Source of the DNA: Dehalococcoidia bacterium
GTDB lineage: Bacteria > Chloroflexota > Dehalococcoidia > Lucifugimonadales > VXLM01
DNA: 64,000 bases
Direction: 5' to 3'
Assembly: GCA_963662435.1 (NCBI GenBank)
Contig: OY759598.1
Span: forward strand, 3,690,507 to 3,754,506
The translations under genes were made by a program, and so were the position numbers. This document shows positions 48,283-57,094 of this stretch, in pieces (position 1 is the first letter of the stretch; every line of letters begins with the position of its first letter). Under the pieces are notes generated by a model. The model was not told the DNA's origin, searched no databases, and worked only from the letters and a program-made list of their open reading frames with translations.

Positions 48283-48723
48283 ATGTCAACGGCAGATACT
48301 ACATCCCTACACTCAAGGATCCGACTTTCGCCGAAAGTCGGATACATCGCGCTCTTCGCGCTGGGCCTTGTCGGCGTCGTTGTGCTGTACACCTTCGACC
48401 CGCGCAATCCGGGCAATTACCCCATCTGCCCGTTCCTTGGACTCACCGGGTACCACTGTCCCGGCTGTGGGACGCTCCGCGCGCTGCACCAACTTCTTCA
48501 TGGCAATGTCATCGCCGCGCTGGGATTCAACCCGCTGACGATCCTCTCGCTGCCCTTCATCGCCTACTCATTTGCTGATGGGGCGATGAAGGCCTTTAGG
48601 GTCAAGGGACTGCCAAGGATATTCATTCCGCACCAGTTAATATGGGCGCTGTTTGTGGGGATCGTTGCGTTCTGGGTGCTCCGCAACGTACCGGTCGATC
48701 CGCTGACGGTGCTGGCGCCGTAG
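48283..48723 (+). CDS. DUF2752 family membrane protein
   Basis: CPF..LTG..CPGCGTLRA, NP and FWVLRN motifs. Confidence 0.88.
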   Translation: MSTADTTSLHSRIRLSPKVGYIALFALGLVGVVVLYTFDPRNPGNYPICPFLGLTGYHCPGCGTLRALHQLLHGNVIAALGFNPLTILSLPFIAYSFADGAMKAFRVKGLPRIFIPHQLIWALFVGIVAFWVLRNVPVDPLTVLAP

Positions 48724-49282
48724 GAGAACCTTCGGCGAGGGGTCAAGCAACTGCTTAGGACAGGATGGAGATTTACCGCAGAGAACACAGAGAGCGCAGT
48801 GGGGAATAGAGGTTGTGTTCAAGGCGGATACAAATACCCTTGCACGGCCCCGTTCGGCCTCGTATCCAGTAAAGGACAGGCTCTCAGCTTGTCGAAGGGC
48901 GCTTGGGGCATGACGCTGCTCAGGGCGAACTGATTCAGTTTGGGCATTCTCGGAGTAGGTTCGCCACTACCTCAGGGATTTCCGATTCTCCTTCCATTGT
49001 CAGTCGACGCCGGGCCTGAATTCAGATCTTCTTTAACATTTTGTAACAAATCGTAACTCTCCGTGAGAGCACATTTCGCGGAGAACGATTCTCCTTGCGG
49101 CAAGACCTCAACTTACACTCGGAATACAGTTCCACGGGCTACACAGGTCAATAGTAGACCATGAGTTCTCATGCGTCAAATCCGTTGTTTGAGGGGTGGA
49201 ATGCTCGTTGAGTACAAGTGAAAGCTCCAGCCCTTCGACAGGACCATCATGAACGGGGAATGTCTAGACGGGGTGCCGGCAG

Positions 49283-49882
49283 TTACGCCTCGTATTTTGC
49301 CCTTGCGGACTCGTAGTCTTCAGGGGTGTTCAGGTCTAGGCGTATGATGGGATCGTTGAACGTGACCTCGTTCACCTCTCCGCGATGAACGTCGAACACC
49401 TCGCGGATACCCTGCCCCTCGTCGGTTATCGACTCCAACTCGCCCCGTAGGGAAGCGGAAAACACGAGCGGATGTCCTCCTCGGCCATGGTACCTGGGAG
49501 ACGTGATGAGGGCGTTCTTCTCAAGGTGCGACTCGATGACGCTCTTGATCACCCACTCCGGACGAGGCTGGTCTACGGCCAGCAAAAGCATGTCAGTAGC
49601 GTCCGGGTCGGCGGACAGGATGCCGCGCAGGACGGATGTCGTCTTGCCACGCCGGTAGTTCTCGTTCAGAACGGAACGGACTCCGGTTCCCGCGACGTGT
49701 TGCGCGACGAGTCCGCTCTCGTACCCCAGCACTACTACGACCTCGTGCACACCGGAGTTGAGCAGACCGTTGACCTGGTATTGAACGAGCGGAACGCCAT
49801 GCCATCTGAGCATGGGCTTGGGGCTTCCCATGCGAGTCGACTCGCCGGCGGCAGTCAGGATTGCCGAGATGCGTCGCTGCAC
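49283..49882 (-). CDS. Molybdenum cofactor cytidylyltransferase (MocA-like nucleotidyltransferase)
   Basis: AAGESTRMGSPK, DQP, GHP and DLNTPEDY motifs; co-oriented behind an XdhC-family gene. Confidence 0.88.
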   Translation of the reverse strand: MQRRISAILTAAGESTRMGSPKPMLRWHGVPLVQYQVNGLLNSGVHEVVVVLGYESGLVAQHVAGTGVRSVLNENYRRGKTTSVLRGILSADPDATDMLLLAVDQPRPEWVIKSVIESHLEKNALITSPRYHGRGGHPLVFSASLRGELESITDEGQGIREVFDVHRGEVNEVTFNDPIIRLDLNTPEDYESARAKYEA

Positions 49883-49884
49883 GC

Positions 49885-51042
49885 TCAGTCCGCGGAAGCG
49901 ACCGGCTCCAGCGCCGCCTCTTTCTCGGCTTCGACCTTAGCGATGATGCGGTCGAGTTGCTTCTGTTCAAGCTTCATGGGCTGACCGGTGCCGCCGAGCC
50001 GAAACATCAGGATCTCGGACATGACGCTGACGGCGATTTCTTCCGGGGTGCGCGCCCCGACGTCGAGACCGATGGGAGCACGAAGCTCGCGGACGCGGTC
50101 GAGGGTCATACCACCCCGCAGCAGGTCTTCGTAGATGAGGATCGTCTTGCGCTTGCTGCCAAGCAGTCCGACGTATCGGGCATTCGTCGCCGCCGCCGAT
50201 TCGAGGGCCACGTTGTCGTACCTGTGTCCGCGGGTGGCGATGACCACGAACGTGTTGGCGTTCACCGGGAGCTCCGGAATGGCGTCCTCCGGCTTCCTCG
50301 GGATGATGATGTCGGCCTCAGGGAAGCGCTCGGCGTTGGCAAACTCCTCGCGGTCGTCGGTGATGAACAGCCTGAAGCCAAGCGTCTTTGCCAGCGGCGC
50401 GATGGACTTCGACACGTGTCCGCCCCCGCAGAGGACGAGCTGCGGCGGAGTCGTGTACGCCTCGATGAAGTATTGCGCTCCGTCGCGGGTCTTGACGTGC
50501 TTGTTCCTGCCCATCGCCATGAGTTCGATGGCGTTCTTGATCGCGTCGGAGTCGAGGGCGGAGTCGCCCAACGTGCCCTCGGTCGTCCCATTCTCACGGA
50601 TGAAGAGCTTTGCGCCCGTTACCATCGCGCTGAACTCTCCGGGGTTTATCAACGTTGCCAGCGCGACGCTCGGCCCGCCGGAGTACGCCTCGTCGATCTC
50701 CCTGGCGAAGGTGAGGTACTGGTCCGCCGAGTAGATGGGATCGATGACGAAGAACATGGTGCCGCCGCAGATGAGGCCGTCCTGCGCGGCTAGGTCTTCG
50801 TTCAGTTCATAGTCGCGGTACTGGCTGGAGCCGCCACGCTTCAGGAGCTGGCTCGCGGCGAACCAGATGTCTCCCTCGACGCAGCCGCCGCCGAGAGTGC
50901 CCACGCCGCTCCCGTCGTTCCGCACGAGCAGCTTGGCCCCCGGCTTTTGCGGGGTAGAACCCTTGGTGTGGACGACGGTGGCCACGACCATCGGGTTGCC
51001 CTTTTCCAGCTCGTTTACGGCTTCGTGAAAGACCTCTTGCAT
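49885..51042 (-). CDS. XdhC/CoxI family molybdoenzyme maturation protein
   Basis: GSTPQKPGAK, GTLGGGCVE, CGG, GGGHVS and APIGLDVGARTPEEIAVS motifs. Confidence 0.94.
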   Translation of the reverse strand: MQEVFHEAVNELEKGNPMVVATVVHTKGSTPQKPGAKLLVRNDGSGVGTLGGGCVEGDIWFAASQLLKRGGSSQYRDYELNEDLAAQDGLICGGTMFFVIDPIYSADQYLTFAREIDEAYSGGPSVALATLINPGEFSAMVTGAKLFIRENGTTEGTLGDSALDSDAIKNAIELMAMGRNKHVKTRDGAQYFIEAYTTPPQLVLCGGGHVSKSIAPLAKTLGFRLFITDDREEFANAERFPEADIIIPRKPEDAIPELPVNANTFVVIATRGHRYDNVALESAAATNARYVGLLGSKRKTILIYEDLLRGGMTLDRVRELRAPIGLDVGARTPEEIAVSVMSEILMFRLGGTGQPMKLEQKQLDRIIAKVEAEKEAALEPVASAD

Positions 51043-51119
51043 GGCAGTCCCTCCCGCTAACGAAGGTGTGTCCCTAGCTTAGCAACTGAGGGGCTCCGTT
51101 TCAATCAAAGGCGGTGTGG

Positions 51120-51965
51120 CTACTCCATCGATAGCCGACGCTTCAGCATGTCCTCGTGGGACTCCTCGGCCTGCTCGATGGCTGACTCAGGTACCGGGAG
51201 ACTTGACAGGAGCTCAGCTTTCTCCCGGACGAACCCCTCCGCGTAGGGGATGTGCTGGAAGAAGCCAAGGTTGCCAAGCGTCAGCAGCATGCGCTGGCGG
51301 GAGCTCTCCGGCGTGTGGCCCTGGCTGACGTATATGGCCTCGGCCTCCACGCGCTGCTCGAACCAATCGCTGATATCGATGATGAAATCGAGCTGGTTGC
51401 GCTCGAAGTATACGCCGGGATAATAGGTAATGGGGATCCGATGGGGTGCGACCGTCATTCCGTGGGTCGCGTTCCCTGCGCGACTCCGCGCTTCGATGCT
51501 AGCGATTGCCGTCTCCAGGTGGTCATCGAACCCGCCTATCGGGTACTCGCCTCCATGGTGTATGAGGTAGGGGCTCTGCGTGATCATGACGTGAGGGCGA
51601 GTTTCCTGGATGATATCCTGCAGCGCCTGTATCGCCTCAGGCGAGGTGCTGAGGCGGAACGGCTCGGGGAAGTCCAACATTCGCACGTCGGTTATGCCGA
51701 AAACGGCACACGCCCTGGTGAGTTCATCGAGCTTGATGTCAACGTACTGCTCGGGGGTCTCGCTCATGACGGCGGGGTCTCGCTGCTCGGGCGGCTTACG
51801 TAACTCATCGGCGAGACGCTCGTTATGGACATTGACGCCGGGGGTGACGCTGACGACGGTGACCTCGTCGCCCTGCGAGGCGTGGATGCCGAGGGTGCCG
51901 GCGTAGTGGGTGAAGTCGTGCGGATGGGCGTTGACGCTGAGTATGCGGAGGTTTGATTGAGTCAT
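51120..51965 (-). CDS. PIG-L/LmbE family deacetylase-like protein
   Basis: AHPHD (variant of HPDD), DH, terminal YAEGF. Confidence 0.8.
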   Translation of the reverse strand: MTQSNLRILSVNAHPHDFTHYAGTLGIHASQGDEVTVVSVTPGVNVHNERLADELRKPPEQRDPAVMSETPEQYVDIKLDELTRACAVFGITDVRMLDFPEPFRLSTSPEAIQALQDIIQETRPHVMITQSPYLIHHGGEYPIGGFDDHLETAIASIEARSRAGNATHGMTVAPHRIPITYYPGVYFERNQLDFIIDISDWFEQRVEAEAIYVSQGHTPESSRQRMLLTLGNLGFFQHIPYAEGFVREKAELLSSLPVPESAIEQAEESHEDMLKRRLSME

Positions 51966-52022
51966 GGGATCTCCTCTATGGAAACGGCAAGTAGAGCGGT
52001 ACTATACTATACCCACGTTCTC

Positions 52023-53540
52023 ATGACGACACGGCGTAAACTCCCACCCATTGTTGTGGTCACGTTGGCGGTTGCCGCGCTGGCGGTGTTCGCCTGTTCT
52101 TCCGACCCGGAGCCTCAGCAGGTGGCTCAGACACCGACGGCAACGGCGGTCGTCAGCGCCCTGGTCGAGTCGGAACCGATCGATCCGAACGCGCCTCAGG
52201 TCATATATACGGGGATTGGCTTCGTGCCGAAGCGCCTCGATATCGAGCCCGGCGACCAGGTCCGGTTCGTCAACGCGTCCGACAAGCCCCTGTGGCCAGC
52301 CTCCAACATCCATCCGACGCACGCGATTCTTCCCGAACTGGACTCGAAGGGCGGGATTCCACCCGGTGAGACGTGGGCCTTCACGTTCAATACGAGGGGG
52401 TTCTGGCGTTTCCACAACCACCTTAAGCCGGAGGTGGGCGGGCTGGTTGTGGCGCTGGGGGACGATGACGGTCTGCGTGCGGACCCGCTGGTGCTGGTGG
52501 TCCCCGACCGGGCATTCGAGACTCCGAGCAACGTCTCCGCGAAGGACTACGTCGACCTGATCACGGACGACACGCTCATGGTCAGGTTCATCAGGCAGTA
52601 CGGGCCTGAGCAAACGGTGCAGCTTCTGAAGGAGAGCGAGAACTACATAGAGGTGGACTGTCACCAGCGGGCGCACGACCTCGGGAGGGCGGCATACGAG
52701 GAGTACGGCGCGGCCGCGTTCGCGCTGTCGGGGCACGAGTGCCAGGCGGGTTCGTTCCATGGAGCGACCGAGGCCCTCTTCGCCACTCGCGGGACGGCCA
52801 ACCTGGAGGAGGACGTGGCCACCATCTGCGCCGTTGCCGACAACCCGTTCTTCCGGCACCAGTGCGTACACGGCGTTGGTCACGGGCTGCTTGCGTGGAC
52901 GACGTATGAGCTGCACGACGCGCTGCCGCTCTGTGACAGGATGCCCACCGACGGGGACCGGCGTTCATGCTACTCCGGGGTGTTCATGGAGAACGTCGTC
53001 GGCGGTCTGACGGGGCAGATGGGCCACATCACGCAATACCTGAAGGAAGACGATCCTCACTACCCCTGCGACTCCGTCGACGCGCGGTACCAGGTGCCGT
53101 GTTACTTCTACCAGACATCCCACATGCTCAACGTGTTCGACCGGGACTACTTGAAGGTCGCGCAGGCATGCACGGAGGCGCCGGAGGAGGCGCAGTGGAA
53201 CTGCTTCCAGAGCTATGGGCGCGATGTCGGGAACGTCACCCGGAAGGACCCTGAAACGTCGATACTGTACTGCAGCTACGCACCGGCGGGAAGAAGCCGC
53301 ATCGCGTGCATCGAGGGGGCGGCGCAGGACCGGTTCTGGGAGAAGACGGGGGCGGACGACGCCCTGGAGATGTGCGGCCTGGTCCAGAATGCCGAGGAAA
53401 AGCACGCCTGCTACTGGACGATCATCGTGCGCGCCCGCGACGTGTTGGGCACCGACGAGGAGTATGACAGCTTCTGCGCGAAGATCGGTGAGCAGTGGCG
53501 GAGGATGTGCGACGACGCCGAGGCGCTACTGTCGTCGTAG
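52023..53540 (+). CDS. Lipoprotein with cupredoxin-like domain and Cys/His-rich repeats
   Basis: Lipobox VFAC; F.P..L.I..GD.V.F.N, HPTH and FHNH; then CHQRAH, CQAGSFHG, CVHGVGHG and CYSGVFME repeats. Confidence 0.8.
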   Translation: MTTRRKLPPIVVVTLAVAALAVFACSSDPEPQQVAQTPTATAVVSALVESEPIDPNAPQVIYTGIGFVPKRLDIEPGDQVRFVNASDKPLWPASNIHPTHAILPELDSKGGIPPGETWAFTFNTRGFWRFHNHLKPEVGGLVVALGDDDGLRADPLVLVVPDRAFETPSNVSAKDYVDLITDDTLMVRFIRQYGPEQTVQLLKESENYIEVDCHQRAHDLGRAAYEEYGAAAFALSGHECQAGSFHGATEALFATRGTANLEEDVATICAVADNPFFRHQCVHGVGHGLLAWTTYELHDALPLCDRMPTDGDRRSCYSGVFMENVVGGLTGQMGHITQYLKEDDPHYPCDSVDARYQVPCYFYQTSHMLNVFDRDYLKVAQACTEAPEEAQWNCFQSYGRDVGNVTRKDPETSILYCSYAPAGRSRIACIEGAAQDRFWEKTGADDALEMCGLVQNAEEKHACYWTIIVRARDVLGTDEEYDSFCAKIGEQWRRMCDDAEALLSS

Positions 53541-53668
53541 GGCAGAGCGGTTGTTGGCAGGCTTCATTCTCTCTTGTGCAGTGAGTAACGCCCCACGATT
53601 TGCAGGACATTTCCGGACATTTGGGGACATTCCTTTCGGCATTACACGCTTACCAGAGAACACTCAGG

Positions 53669-54172
53669 GAACTCGCCGTTCGGGCGTAAGGGGGGCGAAC
53701 TCGCCGTTCGGGCGGAACTCGCCGTTCGGGCGTAAGTGGGGGAACTCGCCGTTCGGGCGTTAAGGGGGGCGAGAATTCTTTGAAGATTTGTGGCATTCTG
53801 GGACATTCTGGGACATTTTGCTCATTATTGTCAAGTTGGGCGGTTCGAGGTGAGCCCTTCGACCATTCGACCCTTCGACAGGCTCAGGGGAGCCAGGCTT
53901 TGAAGTAACTGATCGAGACGGGAGGAAGATTCACCGAAGAGGGAACTCGCCGTTCGGGCATAAGGGGGAACTCGCCGTTCGGGCGTAAGGGGGAACTCGC
54001 CGTTCGGGCGTAAGGGGGCGAGAATTCTTTGAATATTTGTCGCATGGTGTCGCATTTTGTTGCATTTTGCTCATTATTGTCAAGTTATGGCGGTTATTCC
54101 GGGACGTTGACGGGTGAGGACACGGCAGGCGGAACTCGCCGTTCGGGCATAAGGGGAACTCGCCGTTCGGGC
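53669..54172. repeat. Nine copies of GAACTCGCCGTTCGGGC in clusters of 4+3+2, with a ~100-bp block duplication
   Basis: Copies start at 53669, 53697, 53715, 53742, 53943, 53968, 53993, 54132 and 54156; block ~53742-53837 is repeated at ~53993-54086. Confidence 0.95.
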
Positions 54173-54338
54173 AGGTAGCGTCCTCGTGACACCCCCGCGA
54201 TTTATGTGACATTTCCTGACAGATTCAGATATTCGCTCCTTTTGCTCGTTGTATCGAGCGAGGCATTTCGGTCGGCTGTTTTCATTGTGGCACGAATGTT
54301 CGTGTTGGTCAAATTGGGGTGAGTGGCAGTTGCGTTCG

Positions 54339-54377
54339 CCCTCACCCTCGCCCTCTCCCAGGACGGGAGAGGGGATA
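54339..54377. repeat. REP-like palindrome at the left flank of the R-M remnant locus
   Basis: CCCTCTCCCAGGACGGGAGAGGGGATA (54351-54377) is identical to 57117-57143. Confidence 0.85.
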
Positions 54378-54441
54378 GAGCGCCTAGTCGTTGAGTCTGG
54401 AAGCGGGGTACAATGCGGCGCAATCAGGGAGGGTCGTCTAC

Positions 54442-54630
54442 GTGCAGGGCCAGCTGTTCACCGAGTACTTCTTGGAAGAGGGGATACGTGCGACACCGGA
54501 GTGGTCGGCGTCCGTGGCGGCGCGACAGGAGTTCGAGTCGTTCCGGGAGGCCGTTCGACAGAAGTACGATGCCCTGAAGCTTGCCGCCGATCCGAACGAG
54601 GCGGTTACTGAACAGGAGTTGATCCGTCCG
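54442..54630 (+). pseudogene. N-terminal remnant of a large type IIG (Eco57I-like) restriction-modification gene
   Basis: GTG behind GGGAGGG; MQGQLFTEYFLEEGIRATPEW...PNEAVTEQELIRP resembles, from memory, the N-terminus of such enzymes; similarity and host-like codon usage stop at ~54630. Confidence 0.65.
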
Positions 54631-54687
54631 ATGTTATTGTTGGCACGTCTAACCAGAAGGGCCGAGACTCATATCGCCGGACGCCAA

Positions 54688-54915
54688 TTACTTGACGAGA
54701 TCCTTTGCGATTGCGAGGGTCCCGCCAATCAAGGCCACAAACGGACCGCCGATTATTCCATACGCACTTGAGGGAGTATCGAAAATCGCAACCACAGCGA
54801 AGACCAAGAATAGGACACCATAGGCTATTCCCATCAATGCCAAAACGTTTTTCCGGAACGGGATACCGTTCTTAGGCTGAACATCCTTGTTCGACTCGAC
54901 ATGGTTTTTGGGCAT
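54688..54915 (-). CDS. 75-aa small membrane protein with two hydrophobic helices
   Basis: Strong GGAGGT RBS before the ATG; VLALMGIAYGVLFLVFAVVAIF and IIGGPFVALIGGTLAIA segments. Confidence 0.7.
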   Translation of the reverse strand: MPKNHVESNKDVQPKNGIPFRKNVLALMGIAYGVLFLVFAVVAIFDTPSSAYGIIGGPFVALIGGTLAIAKDLVK

Positions 54916-55079
54916 GACACCACCTCCAGCAGTTGAGTTGAGAAGCGGCCCCTAGCGCTTGACGCGCACGGCAAGTATCGGTACGATGAGGAGTGTCTGA
55001 CTCGCTCGGTGTTACCGAGTTCCGGCCCTAATGCTAAAGCGTTGGGGCCGCTTTCAGTTAGTCTACCACTCCACTTGAT

Positions 55080-55141
55080 CTTTTCGCAAGAAAAGTGCAT
55101 CATACTTTAAGAGACTTAACCTTTTAGGGTATGATGCATAA
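55080..55141. promoter_or_regulatory. Palindromic divergent promoter/operator region
   Basis: TGCATCATAC (55096-55105) / GTATGATGCA (55129-55138) inverted repeat, each arm carrying a TATGAT -10 on opposite strands; second inverted repeat CTTTTC-GCAA-GAAAAG (55080-55095). Confidence 0.65.
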
Positions 55142-55795
55142 ATGACGCAAGAACTTCAAGCAACAGCAACAGCAAGCCTCAGAGTCGCCTTGGAAGCCAT
55201 CAGGGCTGCCATTCAGGACGCATGGGCCGATACTTGTATTCAGATGGAGGAGTTCCAACCAGCTGTGGTCCATACTGCCTTTGGCCAGTACTTGGCGCAC
55301 AATGTCCTGAATAAGGTATTCCAAATCGAAACCGCCGGAATGGTCTCCCAGTTCGTGCCAAACCGACGAGGTAGTGCATTCCACGTGAAAGTTGTGATTG
55401 AGGATAGGCTATTCCTGACAATCTCTGCGGTTGAGAACCCCGAATCTCCACCTAGACCGGCGCGATTTAGGAACGATTATGCCGAAGGGCTTCAGAGCTG
55501 GTTCGAGGTTACGGCTCAGGACGAGTTTAGGCTTGCCATTCCAACGAAATCGACAGCTGAGTATATTCAGATACTTCATGGACCCAGCGGGCTGAGAGGC
55601 CAGAAGCGTCAGGAGCTGGGGTTCATAAATGTAGCTTTCCCTCACTGGGGTGGCGGGAACCGCCGTCCTTCCATACCCCTGGATTCCTACATAGCCGAAT
55701 GGTCTTTGGGGGATCCAGCTGAAATAGAGTACATTAGTGAGGAAGAGGGTTTAGGGGTGACACTCAAGAAGGAGGCGCTGAATGCCGACAAGTAG
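55142..55795 (+). CDS. Hypothetical protein, partner of the HTH-metallopeptidase
   Basis: 217-aa ORF overlapping the next gene by 14 nt; no domain recognised. Confidence 0.8.
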   Translation: MTQELQATATASLRVALEAIRAAIQDAWADTCIQMEEFQPAVVHTAFGQYLAHNVLNKVFQIETAGMVSQFVPNRRGSAFHVKVVIEDRLFLTISAVENPESPPRPARFRNDYAEGLQSWFEVTAQDEFRLAIPTKSTAEYIQILHGPSGLRGQKRQELGFINVAFPHWGGGNRRPSIPLDSYIAEWSLGDPAEIEYISEEEGLGVTLKKEALNADK

Positions 55796-56936
55796 CCCGG
55801 GATTTGTAGGCAGTAGGCTCAGGGAGGCTAGAGAGGTTCGCCAGCTAACCGCGGTATCCTTGGCGGAAATGGTCGACGTCACGCCTGCCACAGTATCGGC
55901 ATACGAAAATGGACATTGGACACCTAGCCCTGAAGTCCTAGCCAAGATCACTGAGACACTTAATTTCAGGACTGAATTCTTCTTTCGGCCCGGGATTCGG
56001 CTTGAAGATACTCGGCAGACCATCTTTGAGCGATCCAAGTCTTCCACTACTAAATCAACAAGAAGGCGAGCCCAGCATCAGAGAACTTGGCTACGTGAGA
56101 TTCTTCAATATCTGGATCAGTTTGTCACATTACCAGCGCCAAATTTCCCACCCGACGGCCTTGACTGGTTTAGGCTAGAAGATGAGGCCATTGAAGAGTC
56201 CGCTAGGCGCACGAGGCGCCATTGGAATCTAGGCGACGGGCCGATAAGTAACGTCACATTGCTGGCAGAGAAAAACGGAATCATTGTGACGATGGTTCCT
56301 ATGAACGCTAGGGATCTCAGTGCCTTTTCTACACTAGATCATGATGACCAGCGGCCATTCATAGTGCTAGGGACTGACATTCCATCCCCTTTTAGAACAA
56401 GGTTCAACGTCTGCCACGAACTCGGCCACTTGGTTTTGCATAGAACAGTTACGCCGCTAGAGTTCCAAGACCAGAGATATTTTAAAATGATTGAGTCCCA
56501 GGCGGATCGGTTCGCTGCGGCCTTCCTGACGCCCGCTTCCACTTTCTCGCCTGACATAACTGCCCCGACCCTTGATGTGTTCCGTACTCTGAAGCCAAGG
56601 TGGAGGACTTCGATCAAAATGATGGTCTACCGAGCACAGGAGTTAAACATCATTGATCGGGAAGAGGCTAGGCGCCTATACATAAATTACAACCGACGGG
56701 GCTGGAACCGGGGGGAGCCCTTGGATCGAGAAACGGAAGCGGAAAAGCCTCGCCTAGTTAGGCGAGTGTTCGAGGCAATCATTGACAACGATGTACTGGA
56801 ACGTTCGCAAATCGTAGCTGACCTGCCTTTCAATCGAGAGGATATCGAACAGTTGGCGAGCCTTCCCCATGGGTATCTCGACGAAGAATCTGCATATAAC
56901 CAAGCCATCAGGGACTTGGAAGACCTTTTTTCCTAG
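55782..56936 (+). CDS. XRE-family HTH fused to ImmA/IrrE (M78) metallopeptidase
   Basis: RLREARE..LA..V..TVSAYENG HTH; RFNVCHELGHLVLH (HExxH) and E.QADRFAAAFL; AAGGAGG RBS. Confidence 0.95.
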   Translation: MPTSSPGFVGSRLREAREVRQLTAVSLAEMVDVTPATVSAYENGHWTPSPEVLAKITETLNFRTEFFFRPGIRLEDTRQTIFERSKSSTTKSTRRRAQHQRTWLREILQYLDQFVTLPAPNFPPDGLDWFRLEDEAIEESARRTRRHWNLGDGPISNVTLLAEKNGIIVTMVPMNARDLSAFSTLDHDDQRPFIVLGTDIPSPFRTRFNVCHELGHLVLHRTVTPLEFQDQRYFKMIESQADRFAAAFLTPASTFSPDITAPTLDVFRTLKPRWRTSIKMMVYRAQELNIIDREEARRLYINYNRRGWNRGEPLDRETEAEKPRLVRRVFEAIIDNDVLERSQIVADLPFNREDIEQLASLPHGYLDEESAYNQAIRDLEDLFS

Positions 56937-57010
56937 TTGTCGTGCTAGAGGGAAGTCGTGTCGTTAGATGACGCGATCACTGTGACGCATTTGACCCCAT
57001 ACAGACGATC

Positions 57011-57094
57011 GATAAGTACCGGACGAGGGAGTTGGTGCTGGCGTATATGAGCGCGTTGGATGCGGGGGATACGGAGACGGTGGTGTCGTTGTAA
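57011..57094 (+). pseudogene. C-terminal remnant of the same R-M-like gene
   Basis: Hand translation DKYRTRELVLAYMSALDAGDTETVVSL*, with no start of its own (in-frame stop at 56969); resembles, from memory, the YRT..L.LAYM.AL.AGDT terminus of Eco57I-like proteins. Confidence 0.65.

Noticed and set aside
53669..54172. Mini-CRISPR or clustered LexA boxes
   Set aside because: Repeats are 17 bp with linkers of only 1-11 nt that are themselves repetitive; the Gram-positive-type LexA box is GAAC-N4-GTTC, whereas this core is N5.
54391..54771. Intact 126-aa protein
   Set aside because: It appears chimeric: an R-M-like N-terminus up to ~54630 reading through into cassette DNA antisense to the 75-aa gene.
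54630..56990. Prophage or integrative element
   Set aside because: No integrase, att-like duplication at the cassette junctions or phage structural genes were seen.
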